A stretch of 64,000 nt of DNA from an uncultured Dorea sp. (GTDB lineage Bacteria > Bacillota > Clostridia > Lachnospirales > Lachnospiraceae), in NCBI GenBank assembly GCA_910589275.1, contig CAJUTH010000008.1, positions 2,549 through 66,548 on the forward strand, written 5' to 3'. Shown piece by piece: positions 18,509 to 28,192 of the stretch. The position numbers were made by a program, and so were the translations under genes. The notes under the pieces were generated by a model, which was given only the letters and a program-made list of their open reading frames with translations, had not been told where the DNA came from and searched no databases. Numbering within the stretch: position 1 is the stretch's first letter; each line of letters opens with the position of its first letter.

Positions 18509-19696
18509 GTGGATATGTTGAATTTTAGTTTTGCTTTTCCGACCAATGTGGTTTTTGGGTCAGGAGCATTTAAGTCGCTGGGAAAAGAGGTTGCAAAGTT
18601 TGGAAGCGCGGCGCTGCTTGTGGAGCAGCCAGGACCGCTGGAGGAAAATGGAACGTTTGCAGAGAGCGTGGCATTGATGAAAGAGGCGGGAGTTGCTGTA
18701 GCGGAATTAAGCGGCGTTGAAAGCAACCCCCGGCTGACAAAAATAGAAGAAGGGATCCGGCTTGTAAAAGAGCATAAACTGAATGTGATCGTCGCTGTGG
18801 GAGGCGGAAGTACCATTGACACAGCTAAGGCAATTGCGGTAGGAGCCGCCGACGAAAAAGAAGGGGACGTATGGGATTTCTTTGCGGGAACAAGGACTGT
18901 GGAAACAATTCTTCCGGTTGTTGCGGTATCGACCATATCTGCGACCGGCGCAGAAACAAGCTGTCACTGTGTGGTAACAAATAACCGCTCTGAGGACTGT
19001 GATCAGTGGAAAAAGTGGGCGATTCATGATATGACAGTGTGTCCGAAAACAGCAATTATCGATCCCAAACTTCTGGTATCAGTTCCAAAGAAACTGACAG
19101 CAGCCGGAATGGCAGATACCATTTCACATATTATCGAAGGATATTTCGATGGGGTGGAAGGAAATCCTATTTCTGATGCAATTGGAGAAGGGATTGTGCG
19201 TACTGTTCTGGAAAGCGAAGATGTGCTGGAGCATCCGGATAATATTGAACTGAGGGCACAGATTGCATGGGCGTCGACTTTGGCAATGGGCGGAATACAG
19301 GATTGCGGAAGGTTAAATGCGGGATGGCCGGCACATTGGATCCAGCATGCGGTTGGGGCAATGACAGATTCTTCTCATGGAGAAGGGCTTGCGGTAATTA
19401 ATCCTGCATGGCTTGACTTTATAAACGAAGAAAATCCTCGAAAGTTTGTACAGTTTTCCCGAAATGTACTGAATCTGGAAAGGCCGGAGGGAGTTTCGGA
19501 TGTGGAATACGGGCAGATGGGACTGGATTATCTGCGCGCCCGGTTCAAACAGTGGGGCCTGCCGTCTACGCTTCGAGAGCTGGGCGTGACGAGAGAGATG
19601 TTTCCTGCGCTGATTAAAAATATTATGAACAACAATGAAGCGTTTGTGTTTACAGAACAGCAGATTGAACAGGTGCTGGAAAGATGCTATGAGTAA
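18509..19696 (+). CDS. Iron-containing alcohol dehydrogenase (BdhA/YqhD-like)
   Basis: GVESNP, VGGGSTID, ATGAE, DTISHIIE, HWIQH and SHGEGL. Confidence 0.9.
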   Translation: MDMLNFSFAFPTNVVFGSGAFKSLGKEVAKFGSAALLVEQPGPLEENGTFAESVALMKEAGVAVAELSGVESNPRLTKIEEGIRLVKEHKLNVIVAVGGGSTIDTAKAIAVGAADEKEGDVWDFFAGTRTVETILPVVAVSTISATGAETSCHCVVTNNRSEDCDQWKKWAIHDMTVCPKTAIIDPKLLVSVPKKLTAAGMADTISHIIEGYFDGVEGNPISDAIGEGIVRTVLESEDVLEHPDNIELRAQIAWASTLAMGGIQDCGRLNAGWPAHWIQHAVGAMTDSSHGEGLAVINPAWLDFINEENPRKFVQFSRNVLNLERPEGVSDVEYGQMGLDYLRARFKQWGLPSTLRELGVTREMFPALIKNIMNNNEAFVFTEQQIEQVLERCYE

Positions 19697-19739
19697 TTGA
19701 TATTGTTACCAATCATGAAATAAAACTGTTTCAATACAT

Positions 19740-19786
19740 AATAGAGTCTGCCACGGGAAAACGTTCCTGTGACAGACTCTATTTTT
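19740..19786. terminator. Terminator between the convergent PTS and ABC operons
   Basis: AATAGAGTCTGCCACGGGAA...TTCCTGTGACAGACTCTATT followed by TTT. Confidence 0.75.
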
Positions 19787-19886
19787 AAACGCAGTTAGCA
19801 ATAAATACGTTTGCCGGATTTTGTTTCCGTCTGTAAGTAAATCCTGTTTTTGGTAACTGCGTCCCCCCCCCATTTTTGTAAACGAG

Positions 19887-20735
19887 CTATTTTACTGCTC
19901 CATTTACGACACCGTTGATGATCTGCTTCTGGCATATCAAATAGAAGACAAGGATTGGCAAAAGCGCCAGCAGATAAGAGGCAAATGCCAAGTTGTAGTT
20001 TGTTCCGAACTGTGTCTGGAAGGTGAGCTGTGCCAGAGGCAGTGTGTTTGCTCCCTTTCCTGACATGATAACAAGCGGAGTCATAACGTCGTTCCATGTT
20101 CCCAGCGCTGTCAGAACGGCAACGGTAGCGTGCATAGGCTTCATGATCGGGAAGATTACCTTCCAGTAGGTCGTCCATGTGGTTGCTCCGTCCACGTAAG
20201 CAGCCTCTTCCAGCGCGATCGGGATATTCTTTAGGTAGCCGGAGTAGAGCATTACGTTCATCGGCATATAGAATACCAGATAACAGAGGATTACTCCGAA
20301 CCAGTTGTCAATTCCCATCTGTGCAGTCTGTTTTACCAGAGGCATCATCAGGATTGCGAAAGGTACGAACATACCGCTTACAATATAGAGATAAGAAATC
20401 TTGTAAAATTTGTTCTTTGCCATACTCCGACCAATGGCATAGCCGGCAAGAGAATGAATCAGGATTGCAAGCACTACGGTGGCAACCGTAATCAGCACGC
20501 TGTAGCCCAGTGAATGCCAGAAGTCTGTTACACGCATAGCTTCTGCGAAGTTCTCAAGGCTCCAGCTCTTTGGAAGGCTTAAAGCGCCGGCAATGTCATT
20601 GGTCATTTCAGAAGGTTTCTTGAATGCAATTACAATGGCCATATAAAGCGGAAAGACTACAGTTATACAGCCAGCGATCAATAAGATGGTAAGCGGCCAA
20701 TTGGTAACGGCAGCAACTTTATTTTTCTTTTTCAT
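19887..20735 (-). CDS. msmG: Carbohydrate ABC transporter permease (MsmG-like)
   Basis: EAA motif LEEAAYVDGA; third gene of an SBP-permease-permease operon. Confidence 0.85.
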   Translation of the reverse strand: MKKKNKVAAVTNWPLTILLIAGCITVVFPLYMAIVIAFKKPSEMTNDIAGALSLPKSWSLENFAEAMRVTDFWHSLGYSVLITVATVVLAILIHSLAGYAIGRSMAKNKFYKISYLYIVSGMFVPFAILMMPLVKQTAQMGIDNWFGVILCYLVFYMPMNVMLYSGYLKNIPIALEEAAYVDGATTWTTYWKVIFPIMKPMHATVAVLTALGTWNDVMTPLVIMSGKGANTLPLAQLTFQTQFGTNYNLAFASYLLALLPILVFYLICQKQIINGVVNGAVK

Positions 20736-21586
20736 TATAACTGTTCCTCCTTCTTTCCTGTGAAGTTAAGCTGGAATACAGAGATGGCAACGATTACGAT
20801 AAAGAAGATTACCGCGTTGGCGCTCTGGAATCCGAACTGTCCGCCGCCCATACCATTGTTGTAAATGAGGAATGAGATGGACTCGGTACTCTGTGCAGGA
20901 CCGCCCTTGGTCATAGCCATGATCTGGTCGAATACCATCAGGAAGTCTTTCATGCTCAAAACCATGTTGATGCTGAAAAACGGGATGATCAGCGGGAAGG
21001 TCAGGTTCTTGAAACTTAACCATCCGGTAGCGCCGTCGATGGCGCCCGCCTCGTATACATCCTCCGGCACGGTCTGAAGACCGGAGATGTAGATCAGAGT
21101 GGTCTGTGCAATGGACTGCCATGCCGCAACGATTACGATTGCGATCCAAGCTGTGCCGGTGTTGGACAGCATACTTCCCTTGCCTGTGATAGCCGGAAGG
21201 ATGTAGGTGAAGATATATCCGAAGATATAACCTACAACCAGTCCGCCAAGGATCCTAGGGATGAAGTAAACGCCTCTTAAGGTGCTCTTAGCGCGGATCT
21301 TGCCATTTAAGCCAAGGGCAAGGAGCAGGGCGATTACATTGGTAACAACCGTTGCAAGCAAAGCGAATTTAAAGGTGAACAGGTAGGATTTTCCTACACG
21401 TGCGTCCGTAAATAAATCAGCATAGTTACGCATTCCAACCCACTCGTAGCTTCCGAATCCGCGGAAGTTGGTGAAGCTGTACATCAGGCCCTTAATCAAC
21501 GGCAGAGTATTAAAACAGAAGAACAGTGCCAGGACCGGAATCGTAATTAACAAAAAGGTTTGGTTTCTGCTAAGTTTTTTCTTCAT
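20735..21586 (-). CDS. msmF: Carbohydrate ABC transporter permease (MsmF-like)
   Basis: EAA motif VYEAGAIDGA; multiple TM helices. Confidence 0.85.
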   Translation of the reverse strand: MKKKLSRNQTFLLITIPVLALFFCFNTLPLIKGLMYSFTNFRGFGSYEWVGMRNYADLFTDARVGKSYLFTFKFALLATVVTNVIALLLALGLNGKIRAKSTLRGVYFIPRILGGLVVGYIFGYIFTYILPAITGKGSMLSNTGTAWIAIVIVAAWQSIAQTTLIYISGLQTVPEDVYEAGAIDGATGWLSFKNLTFPLIIPFFSINMVLSMKDFLMVFDQIMAMTKGGPAQSTESISFLIYNNGMGGGQFGFQSANAVIFFIVIVAISVFQLNFTGKKEEQL

Positions 21587-22866
21587 TATTTATTCCCTCC
21601 TGCTTCGTATTCCTGTACCTTACGGATAATGTCGCGGTTGTACCGCAGCCAGTCAGTATCGAATTTATTCAGGAATTTTTCTACGCTTCCGTCGATCAGG
21701 AAGGTCTGAATCTGTGCGTCAACTGCCATTTCAGAAGGATAGTAGTGATCCTGATAGTCGGTCATCTTGCCTTCGTTTATGTAGTCAAGCATACCGTCGA
21801 GAGCAGGTGAAAGCTTAAATTCCTTGTCCTTGCAGGGAACAGCGTTCTGGTCGTCAAGGTATGTCTGGATGGTAGAATCCTCTAACAGGAAACTTAAAAC
21901 TTCATAAGCCGCCTCTTTATTTTGGCAGTCCGTGGTTACGCAGAACTGAAGGTCCACGCCGGAGTTCAGTATGTTGTCATCTGCGTTATCGCAGCCCGGC
22001 ATTACGAAGGAATCAAGGTCCATGTCCGGATTTACAGACTGGATCTGGGGAACTGCATAGCTTCCGATGGTGTACATCGCAGATTCGCCGTTTGCAAATG
22101 CGGTACATGCGTCGTTGTAGTTGTATGCGAACGGATCGTCCTGAGCGTATTCGAGGAGCTCTAGCATTTTCTCGGCTACTTCACCGTACTCGTCGATGAA
22201 TTTGGTCTCGCCTTTGTTTACCTGACGGCATACGTCCGCCGGAGCAAGATCGCAGGCAAGTGCGTTCCAAGGCGCAAGGCAGGTCCATACGTCCTTGAAG
22301 CCGAAGTAGAGCGGCTGCTGTCCGGACTTTTTGATGGTCTCGCATAAGTCCATAAATTCGTCCCAAGTGGTAGGAATTTCCCATTTGTTCTTCTTGAACA
22401 TCTCTCTGTTGTACAGGACGCCCGCTGCATTTGCTACGTAAGGAACGGCGTAAACGCCTTCCGTCGGAACAAACTCCAGATTTTTGTCGATATCTTTATA
22501 AGCCTGTTTGATTAAAGATAATCCTTCAAAATCTGAGATATCCATAAGCATCTCAGCATCAACGAAGTTTGAGAAGTTCACGTCGCCGCCGATACCGATG
22601 ATATCCGGCGCATCCTCCTTGATAAAGCGCGTCTTCAGTACAGTCATGGCATCGTTGGGAGATTCAATGTTCAGCACGATGTCATCGTGGGTGGCATTGA
22701 ATTCTTCCTCCATTTTTTCGAAAGCTTTTACAGCCTCCGGCTTGTACTGAAGCATGGTGATATGGGTCTTGCCATCATTCGGCTCGGAAGAACATCCGGA
22801 AGCAGAAAAGACAGTCCCAATCAGCATTGCTGCCACAAGTGCTGTGGCAATTACTCTCTTTTTCAT
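21586..22866 (-). CDS. msmE: Carbohydrate ABC transporter substrate-binding lipoprotein (MsmE-like, raffinose/melibiose family)
   Basis: Lipobox-like ASGC; QYKPEA, ESPNDAMTVLKTR and DYQDHYYPSEM; divergent AraC regulator. Confidence 0.82.
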   Translation of the reverse strand: MKKRVIATALVAAMLIGTVFSASGCSSEPNDGKTHITMLQYKPEAVKAFEKMEEEFNATHDDIVLNIESPNDAMTVLKTRFIKEDAPDIIGIGGDVNFSNFVDAEMLMDISDFEGLSLIKQAYKDIDKNLEFVPTEGVYAVPYVANAAGVLYNREMFKKNKWEIPTTWDEFMDLCETIKKSGQQPLYFGFKDVWTCLAPWNALACDLAPADVCRQVNKGETKFIDEYGEVAEKMLELLEYAQDDPFAYNYNDACTAFANGESAMYTIGSYAVPQIQSVNPDMDLDSFVMPGCDNADDNILNSGVDLQFCVTTDCQNKEAAYEVLSFLLEDSTIQTYLDDQNAVPCKDKEFKLSPALDGMLDYINEGKMTDYQDHYYPSEMAVDAQIQTFLIDGSVEKFLNKFDTDWLRYNRDIIRKVQEYEAGGNK

Positions 22867-23195
22867 TCCACACCTCTTCTCCTTTCATACCTTGACGGAC
22901 GAAGCCCGCCCATCCCGGAGGGATATAAATTGCGGTATTCCCTTTGGCGATGCTTCGTCAATCTGCATGAAAAATTTGTTTGATTTCGAGTTAGATAATA
23001 GCAGTTTGCTACGAAAACGTAAATACATGGATGCGCTTCATTTTTATCAGAATGCGTGATTGAAACGAAAATGTTGAAATATAGACGCATAATGGTATAT
23101 AATATAAACTAAATATAAATTTTCAGCGTTTTTACCAAAAAATGAACTGAAAATTCAGCAAAATCACGATTTTAAGAAGAAAGAGGAAACGCATC

Positions 23196-24050
23196 ATGAC
23201 GAATTTATTGTTCTCTGTATTTCAGGATGAGCGGTTTATGGACCTTACAATATACCAATATGGGTATGAACAGTGCGAACCGCTGAAGTCTTTCGGCCCT
23301 TATGTGCGGAATAATTACCTGTTCCACTATGTGATTTCGGGAAAGGGGACGCTGAATGCCAACGGCGAGAAGGGCAATACCTCCCATTACCATATTTCTG
23401 CGGGGAGCGGTTTCTTGATTGAGCCGGGATTTGTGAATACTTATTATGCCGACGAGGAGGAGCCGTGGGAGTATGTCTGGGTGGAATTTGGGGGGCTTCG
23501 GGCAAAGGAGTGCATGGAGCTTGCCGGGCTGTCTTATAAAGCGCCGGTTTTTACTACTACGGAGCCGGAGTACGGCGACCTGATCTTAAAGGAGATGATG
23601 ACCATCGTCCAGAGCCAGAACGCATCCTCCCTAGAACTGATCGGCCATCTGTATCTCTTTTTCGACGGACTGATCAAGTATTCGATCTCTAGAAAACAGA
23701 CGCAGGGAGGAAATTTAAGCGAGTTCTACGTGAGGGAGGCGGTGGTCTATATTGAGCATAACTATGCGGAAAATATTACGGTGGAGGAGCTTGCGAAGAT
23801 GTGCAAGCTGGACCGCAGTTATTTCGGGAAACTATTTAAAAAGGTACTGGGCCAGTCGCCGCAGGAATTTCTTATCCATTACCGGATGGCGAAGGCGGCG
23901 GACGCGCTGATCGTGGGAAATGAATCGGTGGGCGATATCGGGGCATCGGTGGGGTACCCGAACCTTTTGCATTTTTCCCGGGCCTTTAAAGGGGTTTACG
24001 GGGTGTCGCCCAGAGAATACAGGCAGAAAAATAAGATTATTTCAAGGTAG
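23196..24050 (+). CDS. AraC-family regulator (MsmR-like)
   Basis: SFGPYVRNNYLFHYV N-terminal domain plus C-terminal double HTH (LDRSYF...FSRAFK..YGVSPREYR). Confidence 0.92.
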   Translation: MTNLLFSVFQDERFMDLTIYQYGYEQCEPLKSFGPYVRNNYLFHYVISGKGTLNANGEKGNTSHYHISAGSGFLIEPGFVNTYYADEEEPWEYVWVEFGGLRAKECMELAGLSYKAPVFTTTEPEYGDLILKEMMTIVQSQNASSLELIGHLYLFFDGLIKYSISRKQTQGGNLSEFYVREAVVYIEHNYAENITVEELAKMCKLDRSYFGKLFKKVLGQSPQEFLIHYRMAKAADALIVGNESVGDIGASVGYPNLLHFSRAFKGVYGVSPREYRQKNKIISR

Positions 24051-24152
24051 GTATGGCTTAAGCGCCGCTGAGCTTGTGTGAGGCGGAGAGATTCGGCGGC
24101 GGATGAAACTTAACCGCCCAGTCGGAAACGGAGAAGGGAGGAGCTGATACAA

Positions 24153-25172
24153 ATGATACGGATTAAGGATATTGCAAAACAGGCCGGCGTAAGCCCCACT
24201 ACGGTATCGAATGTAATTCACGGAAACTATGGCAAGGTGTCGAAAAAGACGGTGGAACGGATTGAAAAACTTCTTGCGGAGACCGAGTATGTGCCCAGCA
24301 TGGGCGCTATGATGCTGGCGGGAGGAAGTTCTCGAATTATTGGGGTACTGGTGGGGGAGCCGGAGGGAGAAAAGCATGGGAGGGAAGGGTATGCTTTTTC
24401 CAATGTGTTAATTCGGGCGATAGAGTCTGAGATTTATAAGAGGAATTATTATATGCTTCTGCATTTTACACCGGACCCGGAGGAGGGGATTCAGTTTGCG
24501 GCCACATGGAATGTGGAGGGGCTGATTACCATCGGTCTCCATACGAAGAGTAACGCGCTGCTTCAGGTAAAGGGAAAGGCTCCGGTGGTGTCCATTGACA
24601 CGTATTATGAGAAACAGGAGATTGCAAACGTGGGATTGGATGATTTTGGCGGCGGCTATTTGATGACGGAGTATCTGCTGGACTGCGGCCACAGGAAGAT
24701 TGGATTTGTGGCGGATAATGACGTGGGTGTGGATCATGAGAGATGGAAGGGAGCATGTCTGGCTTATGAGAACAGGATGGGAGATACCGAAGGTATCAGG
24801 CATATTATTATTCCGGGAGAGCGGAAGAGGCGGAAGGCTTTCTATGAGAAATACCTGCTTCGGCTTGCAAAAGCGGAGGACGCGTTGTTCTTTGCGTCTG
24901 ATTATTATGCGGCGGAGGCCGTGGTCAGGCTGAGGGATTTGGGAATCTTTGTGCCGCAGGGAATCTCTGTGGCGGGATTTGACGACAGCGAGGCGGCAAA
25001 ACTGTGCCGGCCAAGGCTTACTACGATCCATCAGGACATTGCGGGGAAGGGCTGTCATGCGGTGAAGAAGCTGTTTCAGCTCATTGACGGGGAGCCGAAC
25101 GTCTCTATGTCAGACCAGCTTCCAATCTCTCTGATCGTTCGGGATTCTGTGAAAAATATGCAAATTGTATAA
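24153..25172 (+). CDS. LacI-family transcriptional regulator
   Basis: IKDIAKQAGVSPTTVSNV HTH, ISVAGFDD and LTTIHQD. Confidence 0.93.
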   Translation: MIRIKDIAKQAGVSPTTVSNVIHGNYGKVSKKTVERIEKLLAETEYVPSMGAMMLAGGSSRIIGVLVGEPEGEKHGREGYAFSNVLIRAIESEIYKRNYYMLLHFTPDPEEGIQFAATWNVEGLITIGLHTKSNALLQVKGKAPVVSIDTYYEKQEIANVGLDDFGGGYLMTEYLLDCGHRKIGFVADNDVGVDHERWKGACLAYENRMGDTEGIRHIIIPGERKRRKAFYEKYLLRLAKAEDALFFASDYYAAEAVVRLRDLGIFVPQGISVAGFDDSEAAKLCRPRLTTIHQDIAGKGCHAVKKLFQLIDGEPNVSMSDQLPISLIVRDSVKNMQIV

Positions 25173-25202
25173 AACTTGGCATGGCAGATTGTACAAAATT
25201 AC

Positions 25203-25279
25203 GTTTTGCGCAAAACTTGTTGAAAATGACGTATTTTATCGCATATAATAGGGAACAGGAACAAGGTTTTGCGCAAAAC
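25203..25279 (+). promoter_or_regulatory. Promoter flanked by two identical LacI-type operators
   Basis: Perfect palindrome GTTTTGCGCAAAAC at 25203-25216 and 25266-25279, bracketing TTGAAA (25220)-N18-TATAAT (25244). Confidence 0.75.
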
Positions 25280-25295
25280 TTAATGTCATAAAGGA

Positions 25296-26126
25296 GTGAT
25301 GAATTTTATGGATTTATCAATCTGCCATTGCGGGTATGAAAAAAACTGTTTTGTACGTATGGAGGAGGCAGAAGGCGGCAGGCATTATCTTTTCTATTTT
25401 ATTGTATCAGGGGAGGGCGTTCTGCGGGTTCGGAATGAAGGAGAACCGGAGAAGCTCTACAGCCTGTCGGATGGCCGGGGATTTCTGATTGACCTTAGAA
25501 GAAAGGAGCGATACCAGATTTTCGCAAAGGGAAACTGGGAGTATGTATGGATTGAGTTCGGGGGCGTACACGCCGGAGAATACTTGAATAAGGCTGGATT
25601 GTCGGACTCTCAGCCCCTATACATACCGGAGGAAGACGGTCAGGGCGGGGAAATCTTAGCGTGTATGCGGTCGCTGGCCGGGTGCTGGCAGGAGTATCCG
25701 CTTCAGGCGGTGGGTTATCTCTATATGCTGATGGACGGCCTGATCAGGACATCGCATTTCCGAAGGAAAGAGGATAGGAACCTGAAGTGTGAAAGGTACG
25801 TGAACCGGGCGGTTCGCTATATTGAGCAGAATTATTTCCGCCCCATCTCTGTGGAGGAGCTGGCAAGGAACTGCTGGCTGGACAGGAGTTATTTTGGCAA
25901 GGTGTTTAAGTCGGTGATGGGTCAGTCGCCCCAGAGCTTTCTGATCAGCTTCCGCATGGAGAAGGCGGCAGAAGAGCTGGCGGCGGGGGATACGCCTATC
26001 GGCGATGTGGGAGCGGCGGTAGACTATCCAAACCAATTGAATTTTTCCCGGGCGTTTAAGGGTGTGTATGGAATGTCACCAAGAGAATACCGGCAGAGGA
26101 ATATAATAAGGAAGGTATCAGTATGA
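25296..26126 (+). CDS. AraC-family regulator (diverged paralog of 23196-24050)
   Basis: WEYVWIEFGG and a C-terminal HTH highly similar to the upstream AraC. Confidence 0.88.
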   Translation: MMNFMDLSICHCGYEKNCFVRMEEAEGGRHYLFYFIVSGEGVLRVRNEGEPEKLYSLSDGRGFLIDLRRKERYQIFAKGNWEYVWIEFGGVHAGEYLNKAGLSDSQPLYIPEEDGQGGEILACMRSLAGCWQEYPLQAVGYLYMLMDGLIRTSHFRRKEDRNLKCERYVNRAVRYIEQNYFRPISVEELARNCWLDRSYFGKVFKSVMGQSPQSFLISFRMEKAAEELAAGDTPIGDVGAAVDYPNQLNFSRAFKGVYGMSPREYRQRNIIRKVSV

Positions 26127-27820
26127 AGATGGAAAGAGCATGGTGGAAAGAAAGCGTGGTATATCAGATCTACCCAAGGAGTTTTTGTGACAGTAACGGA
26201 GACGGAATCGGGGATCTGAATGGAATTACAGGGAAACTGGACTATCTGAAGGAACTGGGGATTGACGTGATTTGGCTGTCCCCGGTGTATCAGTCGCCTG
26301 GCGATGATAATGGATACGATATTAGCGATTACCGGAGTATTATGGAAGAATTTGGAACCATGGAGGACTATGACCGGATGCTGGCAAAAGCCCATGAGCT
26401 GGGGATTAAGATTATGATGGATCTGGTGGTGAACCATACCTCGGATGAGCATCCATGGTTTGTGGAGAGCAGGAAATCTGAGGATCATGAGTACCGGGAC
26501 TATTATATCTGGCGGGACGGTAAAGACGGAAAGGAACCCAACAACTGGGGGAGCTGTTTTGGCGGCTCGGCATGGGAGTATGACGAGAGGACGGGGCAGT
26601 ATTATCTGCATTTGTTTTCAAAGAAGCAGCCGGATTTAAACTGGGAGAACCCAAAAGTCCGGGAGGGCGTATTTGACATGATGACTTGGTGGTGTGAGAA
26701 AGGGATCGACGGCTTCCGGATGGATGTGATCAGCCTGATTTCTAAATGTCCGGAACTGCCGGACGGAGCGGTGGGAAAGAGCGGCTATGGGGATTTTGCC
26801 GCATACTGCGCCAATGGACCGAGGGTTCATGAGTATTTACAGGAGATGAACCGGAAGGTTCTGTCAAAATACGACTTGATTACGGTGGGAGAATGCTCCG
26901 GCGTTACGGTGGAGGAGGCGAAAAAGTACGCTTCTTCTTCGGGGAAAGAACTGAATATGGTGTTTCAGTTTGAGCATATGGATTTGGACGGCGGAGAGAG
27001 TTTTAAATGGAATCACAATAAGATCCCGCTCACAGAACTGAAGAAGATTATGAGCAAGTGGCAGACGGAGCTTGCCGGGAAGGCGTGGAACAGCCTGTAC
27101 TGGTGCAACCATGACCAGCCTAGGATGCTGTCCCGGATGGGAAACGATAGTCCAAAGTATCGGGAGGTTTCCGCTAAGATGCTGGCTACCTGTCTGCATA
27201 TGATGCAGGGAACGCCTTATGTGTATCAGGGCGAAGAACTGGGCATGACGAACTATCCTTTTAGGTCCTTGGACGAGTTCCGGGATATCGAGAGTATCAA
27301 CGCTTACCGGGAGCTGACGGAGAAGGGAATCGTAAGCCCGGAGGAGATGTTTGACTATATTAGTTACAAGGGCAGGGATAACGCGCGGACCCCGATGCAG
27401 TGGAACGACGGACCGCAGGCCGGATTTACCACGGGAACCCCATGGATACCGGTGAATCCGAATTACCGGGAGATCAATGCGAAGGAACAGATGGAGCGGG
27501 ATGGCTCGGTGTTCCATTATTATAAGAAACTGATCCGTCTGCGAAGGGACTATGAGATCATCGTGTACGGAGATTATGAGCTTCTGCTTCCGGACAGCGG
27601 GGAGCTGTACGTATATCTGCGGAAGTTTCAGGATGAAAAGCTTCTGGTTATGTGTAATTTTACGGATCAGGAAGCGGTTTATGAGATACCGAAGGATCTG
27701 TGGGAAAGAACAGGCAAGGTGCTGATTTCTAACTATGGCAGGGAGGAGACGGGCCTTGAGAGCGCGGAAGGGAAGATTGTGCTTGGGCCTTATGAGGCGG
27801 CGGCATTGCTGTATTCATAA
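26123..27820 (+). CDS. Oligo-1,6-glucosidase / alpha-glucosidase (GH13)
   Basis: WWKESVVYQIYPRSF, DLVVNHTSDEH, QPDLN, GFRMDV, TVGE and NHD catalytic regions all intact. Confidence 0.93.
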   Translation: MKMERAWWKESVVYQIYPRSFCDSNGDGIGDLNGITGKLDYLKELGIDVIWLSPVYQSPGDDNGYDISDYRSIMEEFGTMEDYDRMLAKAHELGIKIMMDLVVNHTSDEHPWFVESRKSEDHEYRDYYIWRDGKDGKEPNNWGSCFGGSAWEYDERTGQYYLHLFSKKQPDLNWENPKVREGVFDMMTWWCEKGIDGFRMDVISLISKCPELPDGAVGKSGYGDFAAYCANGPRVHEYLQEMNRKVLSKYDLITVGECSGVTVEEAKKYASSSGKELNMVFQFEHMDLDGGESFKWNHNKIPLTELKKIMSKWQTELAGKAWNSLYWCNHDQPRMLSRMGNDSPKYREVSAKMLATCLHMMQGTPYVYQGEELGMTNYPFRSLDEFRDIESINAYRELTEKGIVSPEEMFDYISYKGRDNARTPMQWNDGPQAGFTTGTPWIPVNPNYREINAKEQMERDGSVFHYYKKLIRLRRDYEIIVYGDYELLLPDSGELYVYLRKFQDEKLLVMCNFTDQEAVYEIPKDLWERTGKVLISNYGREETGLESAEGKIVLGPYEAAALLYS

Positions 27821-27828
27821 CAGGCGTG

Positions 27829-27871
27829 GCTATCCGTGCAGATGGCGGGTGTCGCCCTCTGCACGGATGGC
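27829..27871. terminator. GC-rich hairpin between convergent genes
   Basis: GCTATCCGTGCAGATGGCG-GGTGT-CGCCCTCTGCACGGATGGC. Confidence 0.55.
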
Positions 27872-27889
27872 ATGATAAAAAGGTGCTTT

Positions 27890-28072
27890 CTATTCTTTGA
27901 TTCTGTCAAGCTGTGTAAGGTTAACACCGGATGAAGTCAGGATAACCTTTAATTCAATATATCTTATTTTCATTGCCTTATATGATTCAGAATCTGCGTC
28001 GGATAAAATCATATAAGTTTGTAATCTGGAAAACTCTTCGACAGATACTTTCAACATCTCTTTTTCTGTCAT
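27890..28072 (-). CDS. Small hypothetical protein (60 aa)
   Basis: GAGGTG RBS 5 nt before ATG; not overlapped by any larger gene. Confidence 0.7.
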   Translation of the reverse strand: MTEKEMLKVSVEEFSRLQTYMILSDADSESYKAMKIRYIELKVILTSSGVNLTQLDRIKE

Positions 28073-28192
28073 GTTATCACCTCACTTTAAAAGTGCCGTT
28101 TACTTGGTACTTTATATTATAGCAACTGGTGACGAAAGTGTAAAGCCTTATTCAGCCCGCGTCCTTTGAACCACACTTAAGGGATGATGAGC

